Below the pieces are notes generated by a model, which had not been told where the DNA came from, did no database searches, and was given only the letters and a program-made list of their open reading frames with translations. A stretch of DNA of 64,000 nucleotides from an uncultured delta proteobacterium (lineage in GTDB: Bacteria; Myxococcota_A; Polyangia; Haliangiales; Haliangiaceae), in assembly GCA_963772655.1 (NCBI GenBank), contig CAVYYE010000003.1, positions 2,737,341 to 2,801,340 of the forward strand. Reading direction: 5' to 3'. Each line of letters opens with the position of its first letter. Position 1 is the stretch's first letter. Both the position numbers and the translations under genes were made by a program. Positions 9,361 to 19,662 of the stretch are shown one piece after another.

Positions 9361-9606
9361 CCCTCCAGTGTACGCCGGTCGCGTCCAGCAAGTGAACCCA
9401 ACTGCTCGCTCGCTACTTCGCCTCCAGCATCCGTCGAGCTGCTTGCCGGCACGACGAGGCGAAGGCGCGGCTCGAACGACTCGCGAAGTCACTCGACGAG
9501 CAACGCCTGGCGCCGCGTGGTCGCTGCGCGAGGCTCGACGAGACGCTCGCGGATCCTCGCCTGATGCAAAAGCACGAACGGGAGCTATGTCTTGGTGCGC
9601 GAGGCG

Positions 9607-10176
9607 ATGAGAACCACCCAGTTTGTCGTCCAAGCGTCGATCGCCTGCGTGATCGTCGCGGTGCTCCCGACGTGTTCGGGCGGCGGCACGTCCGCAGCGG
9701 CGACGGTCAACGGTCAGCCGCTACAGCCGCTCGCAGAGGGCGAACTGAAGCTGATCTTCGGCCCGAAGCCCGACGACACGATCCTCGTTCACATCGATGG
9801 CTCTTTCGAGGTCGTGCATCCGGAGCACGCGTCCATGCGTGCGTGCGGAGGAGACTGTTCACGGCGCGTCGAACGGTTCACCGTCACGGGAGACAAGATC
9901 GTACAGGGCTCCCGCGAGCTGTTGTCGCGGGCCGCCAACGGTAACGTCGACATGTGGGGACTCGGCCAGATCACGATCGATCACGATGGCGTGCTCATCC
10001 AGTCCGGGCAGCGGCGCGCCGTCGATCCGAGCGGTCGCTTGCCACACGCCGACGGCCAGCCCGACGTGACGATCGTCGGCGCGACGACACCGGAGTTGCG
10101 CCGACGCGCGATGCTCGTCCTCGTGTTCGTCAACCTCGCAACGGCGGCGTCGGCTCTCGATCAAGCGTCTCATTGA
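9607..10176 (+). CDS. Hypothetical secreted protein or lipoprotein.
   Basis: The ATG is at 9607. The N-terminal hydrophobic segment is QASIACVIVAVLPTC. No recognisable domain was found. Confidence 0.5.
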   Translation: MRTTQFVVQASIACVIVAVLPTCSGGGTSAAATVNGQPLQPLAEGELKLIFGPKPDDTILVHIDGSFEVVHPEHASMRACGGDCSRRVERFTVTGDKIVQGSRELLSRAANGNVDMWGLGQITIDHDGVLIQSGQRRAVDPSGRLPHADGQPDVTIVGATTPELRRRAMLVLVFVNLATAASALDQASH

Positions 10177-10490
10177 CCGAGCGCGAGCCGTACGAACAGG
10201 ATCGCGAGCGATACGCACGCTCACCCTCATCCGGCCCCACGCCGAAATACACCAGCTCGTGAGTGCCGATGATCATTCGATCGTCCAGGACCGGAGGCGA
10301 CGCCGTCGAGCACGAGCCCGGCAGCCGAAAACCACCTGGCTCACTTCGTCTCGAGGAACCAACTCTTCTTGGCCTTGGGTGCCGTGTCGAAGTCGGACAT
10401 GACGGACCTGTCGACCGTAACCGTCATCGGTTGCGCCGTTTCAGACGCCCGGCAGGACTGTTGCCTACGCCTGCTCGTTAGTGCCGATGA

Positions 10491-12818
10491 TCATTCGATC
10501 GTCCACGCCGATGGCGGGACGTGGAACTTCGTCGTGCCGGTCTCGATCAGCGAGGCACCACCGTGCAGCGACCCGGCGAGCGTCGGGATCACCTTGTACT
10601 TGGCGTTGAAGGTCTGACCGGGCTGCAGCGGGTTGACGTAGAGGTCGACCTTGCCGTCGGCGATCTGGAACCGCGACAGCTGACCCGAGTCGACGAGCGC
10701 CTCGAGGCTCGGGCGGTCGGGTTGCACGCCCGCGGGCAGTGCGTGCTGGATGTGGACCGGGCGACCCGACGGCGCGATGGCGACGAGCGGCACGTCGATC
10801 GGACGGCCGACCTTGCCGGTCAGCGTGTCGGGGAGCGACAGCTCGAGACCCTTCTGCGTGGTCTGCTTCTCCCAGGGCACCCACGCCTGGAGCGTGAGCG
10901 CGTAGCCGAGGCCGGGGACGGCAGGATCGGCGGCGATCGTCCACTCGTGCGAGCCCGACAGACCGGAGGCGGCACCGTCGAGCACGAGCACGTCCTTGAG
11001 CTGCGTGCTGTCGAACTGCCCGGTCGCGACCGGCGTGCCGTCCATCGCGAGGGTGATCTTCACCGACGACGGCAACGGCGACTTGAACAGCTTCAGGATC
11101 GCGCGCATGCACGACAGGTTCGTGATGCCGTCACCCCAGCCGTAGACCGGCGTGTAGCCCGACAGCAGCGTGGTCCCGAGATCGGCGAGCGGCGCGTTCT
11201 TCACACCCTCGAGCGCGAGCACCGCGAGCGCGGTGGCCTCGACGCGCGACGGCCGCCTGCCATCGGCGCGCACCACGTTCTCGGCGACCTCGAGGAACTT
11301 CGCGCCGTCGGTCGTGGCCTCGATCGCGTCGAGGACCCGCTTCCGCAGGGTCGTGGCGAGCGTCGACTTCGGATCGATCGCGCCGCTCGCGAGGATCGCC
11401 GCGGCGGTGTAGCCGTCGGTGACCTGCTCGGAAGTGCGAGCGAATGCACCCTGCGCCTTGGCCCGCACGCCCATCGCGCGCTGACGAGCGCGCGCCTCGG
11501 AGCTCGGATCGATGCTGGCCGTCGCCGCACGCGTGGCGTCGGCGGTGGTCACCAGCACGCGCTGCAACGTCCACCCGGTCGCACCGGAGAACGTGCCGTC
11601 GGGTCGCTGGTGCTGCGCGAGGTAGGCCTCCGCGCGCTCGCCGAGTCGCGACAGCACCGGGTTACCCGGATGCGAGAGTGCGGCCTCGGCGAGCATGGTC
11701 GCGCGCGTGACGTCGAGCGTGCGACCGTGATGGATCGCGCGCTGCGCGGTGACCAGCGACAGCTCGCGCAGGACATCGGGATCGGGCTTGTCGCCGAGCT
11801 GGAGCAGGAGCTTGGGCGCCACGCCGGCGAGAAGTAGCGCGTAGCTATCCTCGGCGACGCCCGCGCGGGCGACCGACACGCCGAGCTCGGAGCGCAGCAC
11901 CGCGAGCGCGCCCGGGTACACCAGGAGCCGCACGCGATCGGTGCTCGGGTCGGAGCCCGCCGGACCTTCGATCGTGGCCTTGCGCGGCGCGGCCAGCGTG
12001 CCCGAGCGTGTCACGGTCACCGGCTTGCCCGACGGGATCACGTCGATCGTGTGTGCGACGGCATCGGTGCCACCGAGCGCGACCCGCAACGCGATCGTGC
12101 CGGCGCGGTTCGCAGTCAGCGTCGCGTAGTCGACGAGGTTGCCCCGCGCCGGGATCGACTTCGGTCCACCACCACCGGCGAGCTGGGCACCTTCGATCTG
12201 GTAGCTCAGGTTCGCCGTGATCGGCTTGTCGGTGGTGTTGACCATCTGCACCGGCAACCGGATCTTGTCGCCGGCGATCAGGAACGGCGGCACCACGGGA
12301 TCGACGTAGCTCGGTAGCGTGCCGAGGAAGCTGGTCGTCGCGCCGGCCTGCGCACCGGTACGCGAGTGCGCGAGTGCGAGCACGCGCCACGTCGTCAGGC
12401 GATCGGGTACGTGCACCGGTACGGTCGCGGCACCCGCGTCGTCGGTGACGACCAGCGGCTCGAACAGGAAGCTCTCGGGAAACCACGAGCGCGTCGGGGT
12501 CTCCGCCGCGTCGTCGGCCGGGCCCGCCGCCCCGTTGATCGTCTTGGACGCGGGCTTCTTGGGGGGCATGGACTTCGCGTCCATGTGTCCCCTCGTGCGT
12601 TCGTTCTTGCCCATCTTCCCTTCGTCCATCGCCATGGCGGTCCCGGCACCGCCCGCCATGTCGTCGCCGTCGAGCTCCTTCTGCGCCTCGGCGACCGCGG
12701 CCGGCCTGTCGGCCATCGGCTCCTCGGGAGCCTTGTCGGAGGTGGAGGTTGCATCCTTCGCGTTGCACGACAGCGCGAGCGCCGCGACGGCGAGGGTTGT
12801 CCGCATCGAACCTCTCAT
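10491..12818 (-). CDS. Alpha-2-macroglobulin family protein, C-terminal half (bait-region-like low-complexity N-terminus, FPETWLW-like motif, TED/receptor-binding region). No CxEQ thioester motif is present.
   Basis: The motif WFPESFLFEP matches the FPETWLW motif that follows the bait region in A2M. The protein is ~775 aa from ATG 12818. That start (MRGSMRTTLAVAALALSC) overlaps the upstream stop in an ATGA arrangement. A search for CGEQ/CxEQ found nothing. Confidence 0.7.
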   Translation of the reverse strand: MRGSMRTTLAVAALALSCNAKDATSTSDKAPEEPMADRPAAVAEAQKELDGDDMAGGAGTAMAMDEGKMGKNERTRGHMDAKSMPPKKPASKTINGAAGPADDAAETPTRSWFPESFLFEPLVVTDDAGAATVPVHVPDRLTTWRVLALAHSRTGAQAGATTSFLGTLPSYVDPVVPPFLIAGDKIRLPVQMVNTTDKPITANLSYQIEGAQLAGGGGPKSIPARGNLVDYATLTANRAGTIALRVALGGTDAVAHTIDVIPSGKPVTVTRSGTLAAPRKATIEGPAGSDPSTDRVRLLVYPGALAVLRSELGVSVARAGVAEDSYALLLAGVAPKLLLQLGDKPDPDVLRELSLVTAQRAIHHGRTLDVTRATMLAEAALSHPGNPVLSRLGERAEAYLAQHQRPDGTFSGATGWTLQRVLVTTADATRAATASIDPSSEARARQRAMGVRAKAQGAFARTSEQVTDGYTAAAILASGAIDPKSTLATTLRKRVLDAIEATTDGAKFLEVAENVVRADGRRPSRVEATALAVLALEGVKNAPLADLGTTLLSGYTPVYGWGDGITNLSCMRAILKLFKSPLPSSVKITLAMDGTPVATGQFDSTQLKDVLVLDGAASGLSGSHEWTIAADPAVPGLGYALTLQAWVPWEKQTTQKGLELSLPDTLTGKVGRPIDVPLVAIAPSGRPVHIQHALPAGVQPDRPSLEALVDSGQLSRFQIADGKVDLYVNPLQPGQTFNAKYKVIPTLAGSLHGGASLIETGTTKFHVPPSAWTIE

Positions 12819-15800
12819 GGCCTGTTCTCCTCGACCCAGCGGGCCCAGTTCTGGACATCCTCGGGAAGTCGCGTGCCGACGACGATCACGGCACGCGGAT
12901 CGGTGAGCGCGAGCAGATCGCGCGGTAGTCGGTGCAGTCGCAGGGGTCGGCCGTACGCGTCCGCCGTCGGTTCGCCGCGCGCCTCGCATGCCGCGAGTGC
13001 CTGCTTCCACAGCCGCGCCATCGTCGCCGGCTGCATCTTCTCGGTGGGCGGTGCCGACGCCTCCCACGTGCGTGCCTGCGCGTGAAGCTCGGCGAGCACG
13101 ATGTAGAAGTGATCGGTGAGCTCCTCGACCGGATCGAACTGCGTTCTACCGTGAGCGTCGACCACCGCGTCGAGCGCGGGCGGCTCGGGGATCTGGGTCA
13201 CGCGCAGCACCGTCGCCGCCGCGGCGTTGCGACCGCGGATTCGACCGAGCGCGAGCGCCTGTCCGTCGAGCACGCCGAACGCCGGTGACGACGTCGTCAC
13301 TTTCGGTCGTAGCCGGCCCATGCTGTCGGGGCCGGGCAGCGGCACCAGCTGGCCGAGGCTCTGATCGACGCCGATGAGGCCCACCGCTGCCTTGCCGCCC
13401 TTGCCACCGATCGATGTCTTGATCACGAGCTCTGCGCGATCGCCCGGCTTGTAGGTCGGCTGCTTCGGCGCGATCGTCACCGCGAGCTCCGCCTTCGGCC
13501 GCACGTACACCAGCGAGCGAAGTCCACCGCCCGTGACCTCGCACCAGCCCTCGACGGAGGGGTCGAGCTTGACGTGGGTCTCGTGCTTGTCCTTGTCGAG
13601 CTCGAGCTTGTCCTGCTTCCACTTCAGGCAGTGGATCTCGAGCTGCTTCGGTAGCTCGCCGCGGAACTCGGGACCGCGGATCAGGCGCGCCGTCACCATG
13701 TCGCCGGGATTCGCGATCACCGGGGTCACCCGCATCCGCAGGTCGGGCACCTGGCCAGGGGCGATGCGCAGCTTCGTCGACGCCGGCTTGCCGTCGACCT
13801 GCGTCGACACGTCGAGCTCGTAGCCGAGCATCGTCGTCGGCTGCGGCATCGCGGCCTTGACCGCCGAGGGGGCCTCGAGGCTGAAGTGGATCACGCCGAC
13901 CGCGTCGGTCTCGGCTTCGTCTTCGAGCGCGACGTTGCCGCGGATCCGCGACTGCACGCAGCCCATCGCCGCCGCGGTCGTGGCATCGCCGTTGGGATCG
14001 CGCGACCACGCACCGAGCTCGATCGACTTCGACTTCGCGCGCACCCGCCAGGTCAAGAAGCTCGGCAGCTCTCCCTCGAGCGCGGGCAGACAGTCGCGCG
14101 CGTCGTGTGCCTTCTCGGCGATCGCGGACTGGAGCCCCTCGGGAACGTCGAGCACGCCCTCGATGTTTGCCGACAGCGTCGGTAGATCCGGATCGTTGAT
14201 CGTGAACGGAATGCGGTACAGGCGCTCGCCTCCCGCCGGCAACCGCTTGGTGCGCAGCACGCCCGCGATGCAGCCCGCGAGTGCCGACTCGCCGCTCGCC
14301 GCCGCGATCACCGCGCCCGCCGCCGATACGCGCAAACCGACCTCGACGCTGCCGTCGCCGTCGTACCACTTCGCGCACGGCTCGAGCGCGGGCAGCCAGC
14401 GGTCCATCTCGACCTGATCCGCGAGCGATGCGCCCTCACCGGCGATCAGCTCCTGCGGCTCGCCGCGATTGACCAGCGGTGGCCGCGGCGGTGGGCGGTA
14501 TGGCGCCGCCGGGATCACGATGTTGACCGGTGCGCCCGGATCGATCTGCAGGCTCGCCACGCCGTCCTCGTCGAGGTCCGCCTCGATGCCCGGATCGTTC
14601 GGCTGCCACGTCCGCTTCACGTGCACCTTCGCGTTCGACACCACGCGGCCATCGGGCGTCACCACGCGCACGTAGAGCCGGTTGTTGAAGCTCTCGACCA
14701 GCCCGTTACCGAGCTCGGTCACTGCGGACGCCTCGATCGCGTCCTGGCTGAGCATCACCGACGCGCTTCCCTCGACGCGATCGCCCGCGGGGTCGACCGC
14801 CGAGATCCGCGCGACCAGCGTCGCCTTGCCCTGCAGATCCTCCGGCACCTGGGGAAGCGCGAGCTCGAACTGTCCGTTGGGCTGGCTCTCCGCGTGCTTC
14901 GGCAACAGCTTCGCCTGCCAGTCCGCCGGCGGCGGCCACGATCCGTTCACCTGCCACTGGACGTCGAGCTTCGCGCCCGCGACCGGAGCGCCCGAGCTGT
15001 ACACCACGGCACCGCGGATCTTCGGCGTGTCCCCGATCTGATAGAACGGCCGGTCCGTCGACGTATCGACGCGGAACCGCGGCAGCGTGAACGGCTCGAC
15101 CGTGAACGGCACCTCGTCGACCGCCTCGTTCGACACCCACGCGACCTTCCAGGTCCCGGTGTCCGCGCCCTTGTCGAGCGGAAACGATCCCGCCACCACG
15201 CCCCAGTCACCGGCCGGCGCTTTCTCCTCGAGCAGGACTTCGCCCGACGGGTCGGTCACGCGCCACAGTCCCGGCCGTCCGTCGATCGGCGCCAGGTCGC
15301 GTGCGCGCAGCACCACCGCGCGGAACTTCACCGTATTGCCCGGCTCGTACAACGGGCGATCCGTGATCACGTGGATGCGTGCCGGCGTGTACAGCGGCAG
15401 CTTCGCGTCCACCACACCCTTACCGAGCTTGGTCTCGTACTCCGCGTGCAGCGTGTAGTCGCCATCCGGAACCTCGGGAAGCGTGAGCTCCGCCGCCTGC
15501 TCGTCGCCGATCCGCCGCCAGTCGATGTCGAGTGGCGTCGCCTTCTGCTTGGCGTCGACCAGCGTCACCGTGACGTTCGCGTTCGGGATCGGTGTGGTCT
15601 TCGCGGCGTCGGCGTCCTCGGTCGTGTAGTGCGCGACCGCCCGGAACCGCAACCGCCCCTTGGCGCCGCGCCGCAGCCCGTTGCCGTCGAGCATCGCCGT
15701 CTGCCGCGGTACGCCGTCCGGGCATTCCCGCACCGCGATGCCCCACCGATGCAGGGCCTCGCGGCACACCTCGTTCGGCACCGCGATGCCGATGATGAAC

Positions 15801-15871
15801 ACGCCCGCCGCGAGCGGGATCCATAACGCTTTTCTCATGTTGGTCGGCGCCCCCCATGCACAGGGTACCAA
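12815..15871 (-). CDS. Alpha-2-macroglobulin family protein, N-terminal half (MG-domain array), with a signal peptide.
   Basis: The protein is 1018 aa. The MG-domain signature YTPARIHVITDRPLYEPGNTVKFRAVV is like the A2M motif TDRPIYRPGQTV. The N-terminus has a hydrophobic signal (MRKALWIPLAAGVFIIGIAV). The gene ends with a TGA that overlaps the next ATG. Confidence 0.75.
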   Translation of the reverse strand: MVPCAWGAPTNMRKALWIPLAAGVFIIGIAVPNEVCREALHRWGIAVRECPDGVPRQTAMLDGNGLRRGAKGRLRFRAVAHYTTEDADAAKTTPIPNANVTVTLVDAKQKATPLDIDWRRIGDEQAAELTLPEVPDGDYTLHAEYETKLGKGVVDAKLPLYTPARIHVITDRPLYEPGNTVKFRAVVLRARDLAPIDGRPGLWRVTDPSGEVLLEEKAPAGDWGVVAGSFPLDKGADTGTWKVAWVSNEAVDEVPFTVEPFTLPRFRVDTSTDRPFYQIGDTPKIRGAVVYSSGAPVAGAKLDVQWQVNGSWPPPADWQAKLLPKHAESQPNGQFELALPQVPEDLQGKATLVARISAVDPAGDRVEGSASVMLSQDAIEASAVTELGNGLVESFNNRLYVRVVTPDGRVVSNAKVHVKRTWQPNDPGIEADLDEDGVASLQIDPGAPVNIVIPAAPYRPPPRPPLVNRGEPQELIAGEGASLADQVEMDRWLPALEPCAKWYDGDGSVEVGLRVSAAGAVIAAASGESALAGCIAGVLRTKRLPAGGERLYRIPFTINDPDLPTLSANIEGVLDVPEGLQSAIAEKAHDARDCLPALEGELPSFLTWRVRAKSKSIELGAWSRDPNGDATTAAAMGCVQSRIRGNVALEDEAETDAVGVIHFSLEAPSAVKAAMPQPTTMLGYELDVSTQVDGKPASTKLRIAPGQVPDLRMRVTPVIANPGDMVTARLIRGPEFRGELPKQLEIHCLKWKQDKLELDKDKHETHVKLDPSVEGWCEVTGGGLRSLVYVRPKAELAVTIAPKQPTYKPGDRAELVIKTSIGGKGGKAAVGLIGVDQSLGQLVPLPGPDSMGRLRPKVTTSSPAFGVLDGQALALGRIRGRNAAAATVLRVTQIPEPPALDAVVDAHGRTQFDPVEELTDHFYIVLAELHAQARTWEASAPPTEKMQPATMARLWKQALAACEARGEPTADAYGRPLRLHRLPRDLLALTDPRAVIVVGTRLPEDVQNWARWVEENRP

Positions 15872-16037
15872 CTACGCAGACGCTCGAACCGCGGGTCCGG
15901 TTCGAACTACATCGTCATCAATTGTAACGATGGAGCTGACCCAAGGAGTCAGGCGTCGGGCGGGTCCAATCACGGTCGAGGACGTGGCGGCCACGCCGAC
16001 CCCGGATCCGGACCCGCCGGCTCCCGGCGTCAGTAGC

Positions 16038-17258
16038 TCACTGCGGCGCGGGTGAGATCTGGCCGGCGCCGGCGATCGACGCACCGAACACGCGCACGAT
16101 CCCGCCGCCACCACCACCACCACCGCCACCGCACAACTCGGCGCTGGCGGGGTCGCCGTCGTGCGACGGGGAGCCCTCGGCGAAGCCACTGCCACCGTGA
16201 CCGCCACCGCCGACGCCGCCATCGCCTCCCGCGGCAGCAACCAACACCACCGTCGGATCCTTGCCGGACTTGCCGGCACCGTCGGGATTGTCGCCGTTGC
16301 CACCGCCGCCACCACCACCATTCGCGTGTACGAAGCCGGTGATGTCGATCGACGGGGCGTCGAACCCGATGAAGCCACCCGAGCCACCACCGCCGGCACC
16401 GGCACCACTGTCGACACCGGGACCTCCGAACCTCCCGCCGGCACCCGATGCGGCGACGGTTCCGGGGATCGAGATCGAACCGCCGGCGATCAGATACACC
16501 GCACCACCACCCTGACCACCCGCGCCCTCACCACCACCACCGACTCCATCGCCGCCGGTGCCACCACGACAACCGCCGGTCACGACCGTGACTGGCGTCG
16601 GGACCAGGGCCTTGCCTCCGAGCGTCCCGCCGGCGCCCGCCTCGCCATCACCGCCCGCACTGCCGAAGCTCCCGCCCGCACCACCACCGCCACCCGCAGG
16701 GACCGCCGCTGCGCTCTTGCCGCCGTTTCCGGTACAGGTCGAGCGCGCACCGGGACCGGTCGAGCCACCGAGGTGACTCGAGGCGTCGATCGTTCCGGGA
16801 ATGTCGATCGACTGATCGGCGATCAGCACGAGTGGATTGGGACCGTGGACGGACACGACTCCACTGATGCTGATCGTCCCGGCTTCGAGAACACATAGCG
16901 ACGGGCCGGCGTCCTGCGGAAGGATCTCGGTACATCCGCCCGTGCCGACGTTGTCGGTATCGATCACGTTGTCGCCGGCGAGCGATAGATCGCCCGTGAG
17001 TGGTGCGGGGAAGCAGAGATCGTGCAGCATGCCGGTGCCGTAGCAACGCGCCGTGTTGCCATCGCCGTCAGCGGGGGGCTGCGGTGCGTCGGTTCCGACC
17101 GGGTCGGTCGTCGTGCAGATGCCTCCACCCCCAGATGCGACGCACTGCTGACCACTCGGGCACACCGGCGCCGCCGGATCGCACGGCGCACCCATTGGCG
17201 CCGATGGGGAGAAGCAGCCCGCAGCCGTCGACGCGAGGAACAGACCGATCGCACGCAC
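16038..17258 (-). CDS. Gly-rich secreted lipoprotein (long GGxGG tracts, beta-helix-like).
   Basis: A signal peptide plus lipobox (MRAIGLFLASTAAGC) is followed by long Gly-rich repeats (GGGGAGGSFGSAGGDGEAGAGG...). Confidence 0.6.
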   Translation of the reverse strand: MRAIGLFLASTAAGCFSPSAPMGAPCDPAAPVCPSGQQCVASGGGGICTTTDPVGTDAPQPPADGDGNTARCYGTGMLHDLCFPAPLTGDLSLAGDNVIDTDNVGTGGCTEILPQDAGPSLCVLEAGTISISGVVSVHGPNPLVLIADQSIDIPGTIDASSHLGGSTGPGARSTCTGNGGKSAAAVPAGGGGGAGGSFGSAGGDGEAGAGGTLGGKALVPTPVTVVTGGCRGGTGGDGVGGGGEGAGGQGGGAVYLIAGGSISIPGTVAASGAGGRFGGPGVDSGAGAGGGGSGGFIGFDAPSIDITGFVHANGGGGGGGNGDNPDGAGKSGKDPTVVLVAAAGGDGGVGGGGHGGSGFAEGSPSHDGDPASAELCGGGGGGGGGGIVRVFGASIAGAGQISPAPQ

Positions 17259-17342
17259 CGAGAGCGATCTTACGCGAAGGTCGACGACTGCGCGCGGGCT
17301 TGTCCCACCTCGCGCTCGACGCGCGGCGACACCGACATGTCG

Positions 17343-18038
17343 CTACGGCCGAGAAGTCGCGACCGTACGCACGCTTGTCGCGCCGGGCACGATCGGGAAC
17401 GCCCACCGTACCAGCGGCGTTGTTTCCGCGACGAGCTCGCCCGAGACCGGCGTCTCCGGTAACACGCCCGGCACCGAGGCGAGCCGGATGATCGCGCGAC
17501 ACCGATCGTTCGCATCGTGGACCTCGACCACGCCCGCGCCGGCGACGACGTGCGCGATCACGGGAGCATCGGCTGGCTCGCGAAACTTCTCGCGCGCACG
17601 GATCTCGGGAAACGGCACCAGCTCGTTCACCGGAGTCGCGGTCGTCCACCGGAGTGCCTTGCGCTCGGCGTTTCCGACGGCGTGATAGGTCCACTCCACA
17701 TGGTCCGGTCCTCGGACGACGACCTCGAACGCGTAGAACGAGCTCCACGGATCGCCGAGCAACGGAAACATCAACACGAGGCTGTCGCGCGACAGCGGCA
17801 CGCTCGCCGAACCCCACGTCGTTCCGTCGGCGTTCGCGAGCACGAGCGTGTCGGAGGTGTGTCGCCAGCTCGACTGGCCATCGGGAGGTTTCGCCACGGT
17901 GCGACGGTACGACGCACCGTCCGACGGAGCGCGAGAATTCGCGCAAACAATGCATGCGGGATCGCCGGGCGCGTTTCGTACGATGAAGTTCGCGAATGAG
18001 ACGACGGATGGTTTGGTCGAAGCTCGCGTGTGCGGCAT
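17343..18038 (-). CDS. Hypothetical protein.
   Basis: The translation looks like a real protein from MPHTRAS... onward. The upstream part of the ORF is Arg-rich noise, and it overlaps the cytochrome gene on the opposite strand. Both the start and whether this is a gene at all are uncertain. Confidence 0.35.
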   Translation of the reverse strand: MPHTRASTKPSVVSFANFIVRNAPGDPACIVCANSRAPSDGASYRRTVAKPPDGQSSWRHTSDTLVLANADGTTWGSASVPLSRDSLVLMFPLLGDPWSSFYAFEVVVRGPDHVEWTYHAVGNAERKALRWTTATPVNELVPFPEIRAREKFREPADAPVIAHVVAGAGVVEVHDANDRCRAIIRLASVPGVLPETPVSGELVAETTPLVRWAFPIVPGATSVRTVATSRP

Positions 18039-19609
18039 GGCTGACAGCGTGCGCCTCCGATCCCGCGCCCAGACCCGAGCCGCTCGCGCCCCTTCCTGCA
18101 CCGGTGTCGGTCGACACCGACCGGTTTCGCGACGCCAACGCCTGCGCGCAGTGCCACCTGGTCCCGGACGACGCGACACCGCTCCACGACGCTGCCAACC
18201 GCAACGTGTCGCCGGTGTTGCTCTGGCGCTCGTCGCTGATGGCATTGGCCGCGCGCGATCCGTACTACCTCGCCGTGTTCGAGGAGGAACGCACCCGCGC
18301 ACCCGATCGCGCCGACGAGATCGACGCATTGTGCACGCGGTGCCACGCACCGGCGGGGTCCGAGGAGCTCGCCGATCGCAGCGAGCACCTGTCGTTCGAC
18401 GATCTCGTGGCCGGCACCGGCGACGCCCCGGCGATCGGACGTGAAGGCATCACGTGCACGCTGTGCCACCAGATCGCCGATACCGGTCTCGGCGAAGAGC
18501 GCGGGTTCAGCGGCGGCTTCACCGTCGGCTACGGCCGCAACATCTTCGGTCGCTACACCGATCCGAACACGTCGCCGATGCAGCTGATCGTCAACTTCAC
18601 GCCGACATCCGGCCCCCACGTCGCCGAGTCGAAGCTGTGCAGCACCTGCCACACCGTGATCGTTCCCGGTCCGAGCGGCGAGGTCGTGGAACAGGCGACG
18701 TTCCTCGAGTGGCGCTCGTCGCGCTTCGCGACCGACGGCAAGCCATGCCAGAGCTGCCACGTGCCGACCACCGACGAGGACGGCAACTCGATCACCGTGC
18801 TCGGCGTCGCCGGCACGCCGTCGGGGCTACCGCCGCGCACGCCGTTCGGCCGCCACACGTTTGTCGGCGGCAACTCGTACCTGCTGCGCTTGCTCTCCGA
18901 TGCCACCGCGTGGTCCGGCGCCGGGATCTCCGCCGACGAGCTGCTCGCGAGCGCCGCTCGCGACGACGTCCACCTCGGCGAGGCCGCTCGGCTCTCGGTG
19001 GCGTCGCGCGATACCACCGGCATCACGATCCGGGTCACCAACCGGACCGGACACAAGCTGCCCACCGGCTATCCGTCGCGCCGGATCTGGCTCCACGTCA
19101 CGATCGAAGATGGCGGGGCGACCGTGTTCGAATCCGGCAAGGTCGACGAACGAGGTGCGATCGTCGACGCCTCCGGCGCGCCGATCGCCGATCCGCAACC
19201 GCACCGCGACGTGATCTCCGGTGATGGCGAGGCCCAGGTGTGGGAAGCCAAGCTGGTCGACAGCGACGGCGTGGTCACCCATCGCGCGCTCGATGCCCGC
19301 CGCTACTCCAAGGACGACCGCATCCTGCCCGACGGCTTCGCGCCGACCGGCAGCGATCTCGTGCGCACGCTCAGCCTCGGCACCGACGGCGACGCCAGCT
19401 TCGTGGCGGGATCCGACGACGTCCGCTTCGAGCCGCCGGGCGGTCTACCCGACGGCGCCACCGTGCACGCCGAGTTGCTCTACGAGGCGACCTCGCCGGC
19501 GATCGTCGACGCGATCGACGACGCGCGCACCGCGGCGGGGAGCCGGTTCGTCGATCTCGCGCGTGCGCGACCGATCGTGCCGGTCGTGATGGCGACGCTG
19601 GTCGATTGA
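18008..19609 (+). CDS. Multihaem c-type cytochrome lipoprotein (5 CxxCH motifs).
   Basis: The five haem-binding motifs are CAQCH, CTRCH, CTLCH, CSTCH and CQSCH. A signal peptide plus lipobox (MVWSKLACAAWLTAC) is present. Confidence 0.75.
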   Translation: MVWSKLACAAWLTACASDPAPRPEPLAPLPAPVSVDTDRFRDANACAQCHLVPDDATPLHDAANRNVSPVLLWRSSLMALAARDPYYLAVFEEERTRAPDRADEIDALCTRCHAPAGSEELADRSEHLSFDDLVAGTGDAPAIGREGITCTLCHQIADTGLGEERGFSGGFTVGYGRNIFGRYTDPNTSPMQLIVNFTPTSGPHVAESKLCSTCHTVIVPGPSGEVVEQATFLEWRSSRFATDGKPCQSCHVPTTDEDGNSITVLGVAGTPSGLPPRTPFGRHTFVGGNSYLLRLLSDATAWSGAGISADELLASAARDDVHLGEAARLSVASRDTTGITIRVTNRTGHKLPTGYPSRRIWLHVTIEDGGATVFESGKVDERGAIVDASGAPIADPQPHRDVISGDGEAQVWEAKLVDSDGVVTHRALDARRYSKDDRILPDGFAPTGSDLVRTLSLGTDGDASFVAGSDDVRFEPPGGLPDGATVHAELLYEATSPAIVDAIDDARTAAGSRFVDLARARPIVPVVMATLVD

Positions 19610-19662
19610 CCCGACTTCGCTTCCGCGAGCGACCTCACCGCTGGGTGCCCGCTCGCGAAGTC

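Noticed and set aside
8662-9564. 300-aa plus-strand ORF overlapping the Cys-rich lipoprotein gene.
   Set aside because: Its translation is Arg-rich and low-complexity. The minus-strand frame gives a clean signal peptide plus a Cys-rich mature protein.
15872-16037. GGTTCGAA-containing stretch (cgggtccggttcgaac) resembling a tRNA T-arm upstream of the A2M gene.
   Set aside because: There is no complementary acceptor or T-stem, and no D-arm or anticodon-arm geometry. It is probably chance in GC-rich intergenic DNA.
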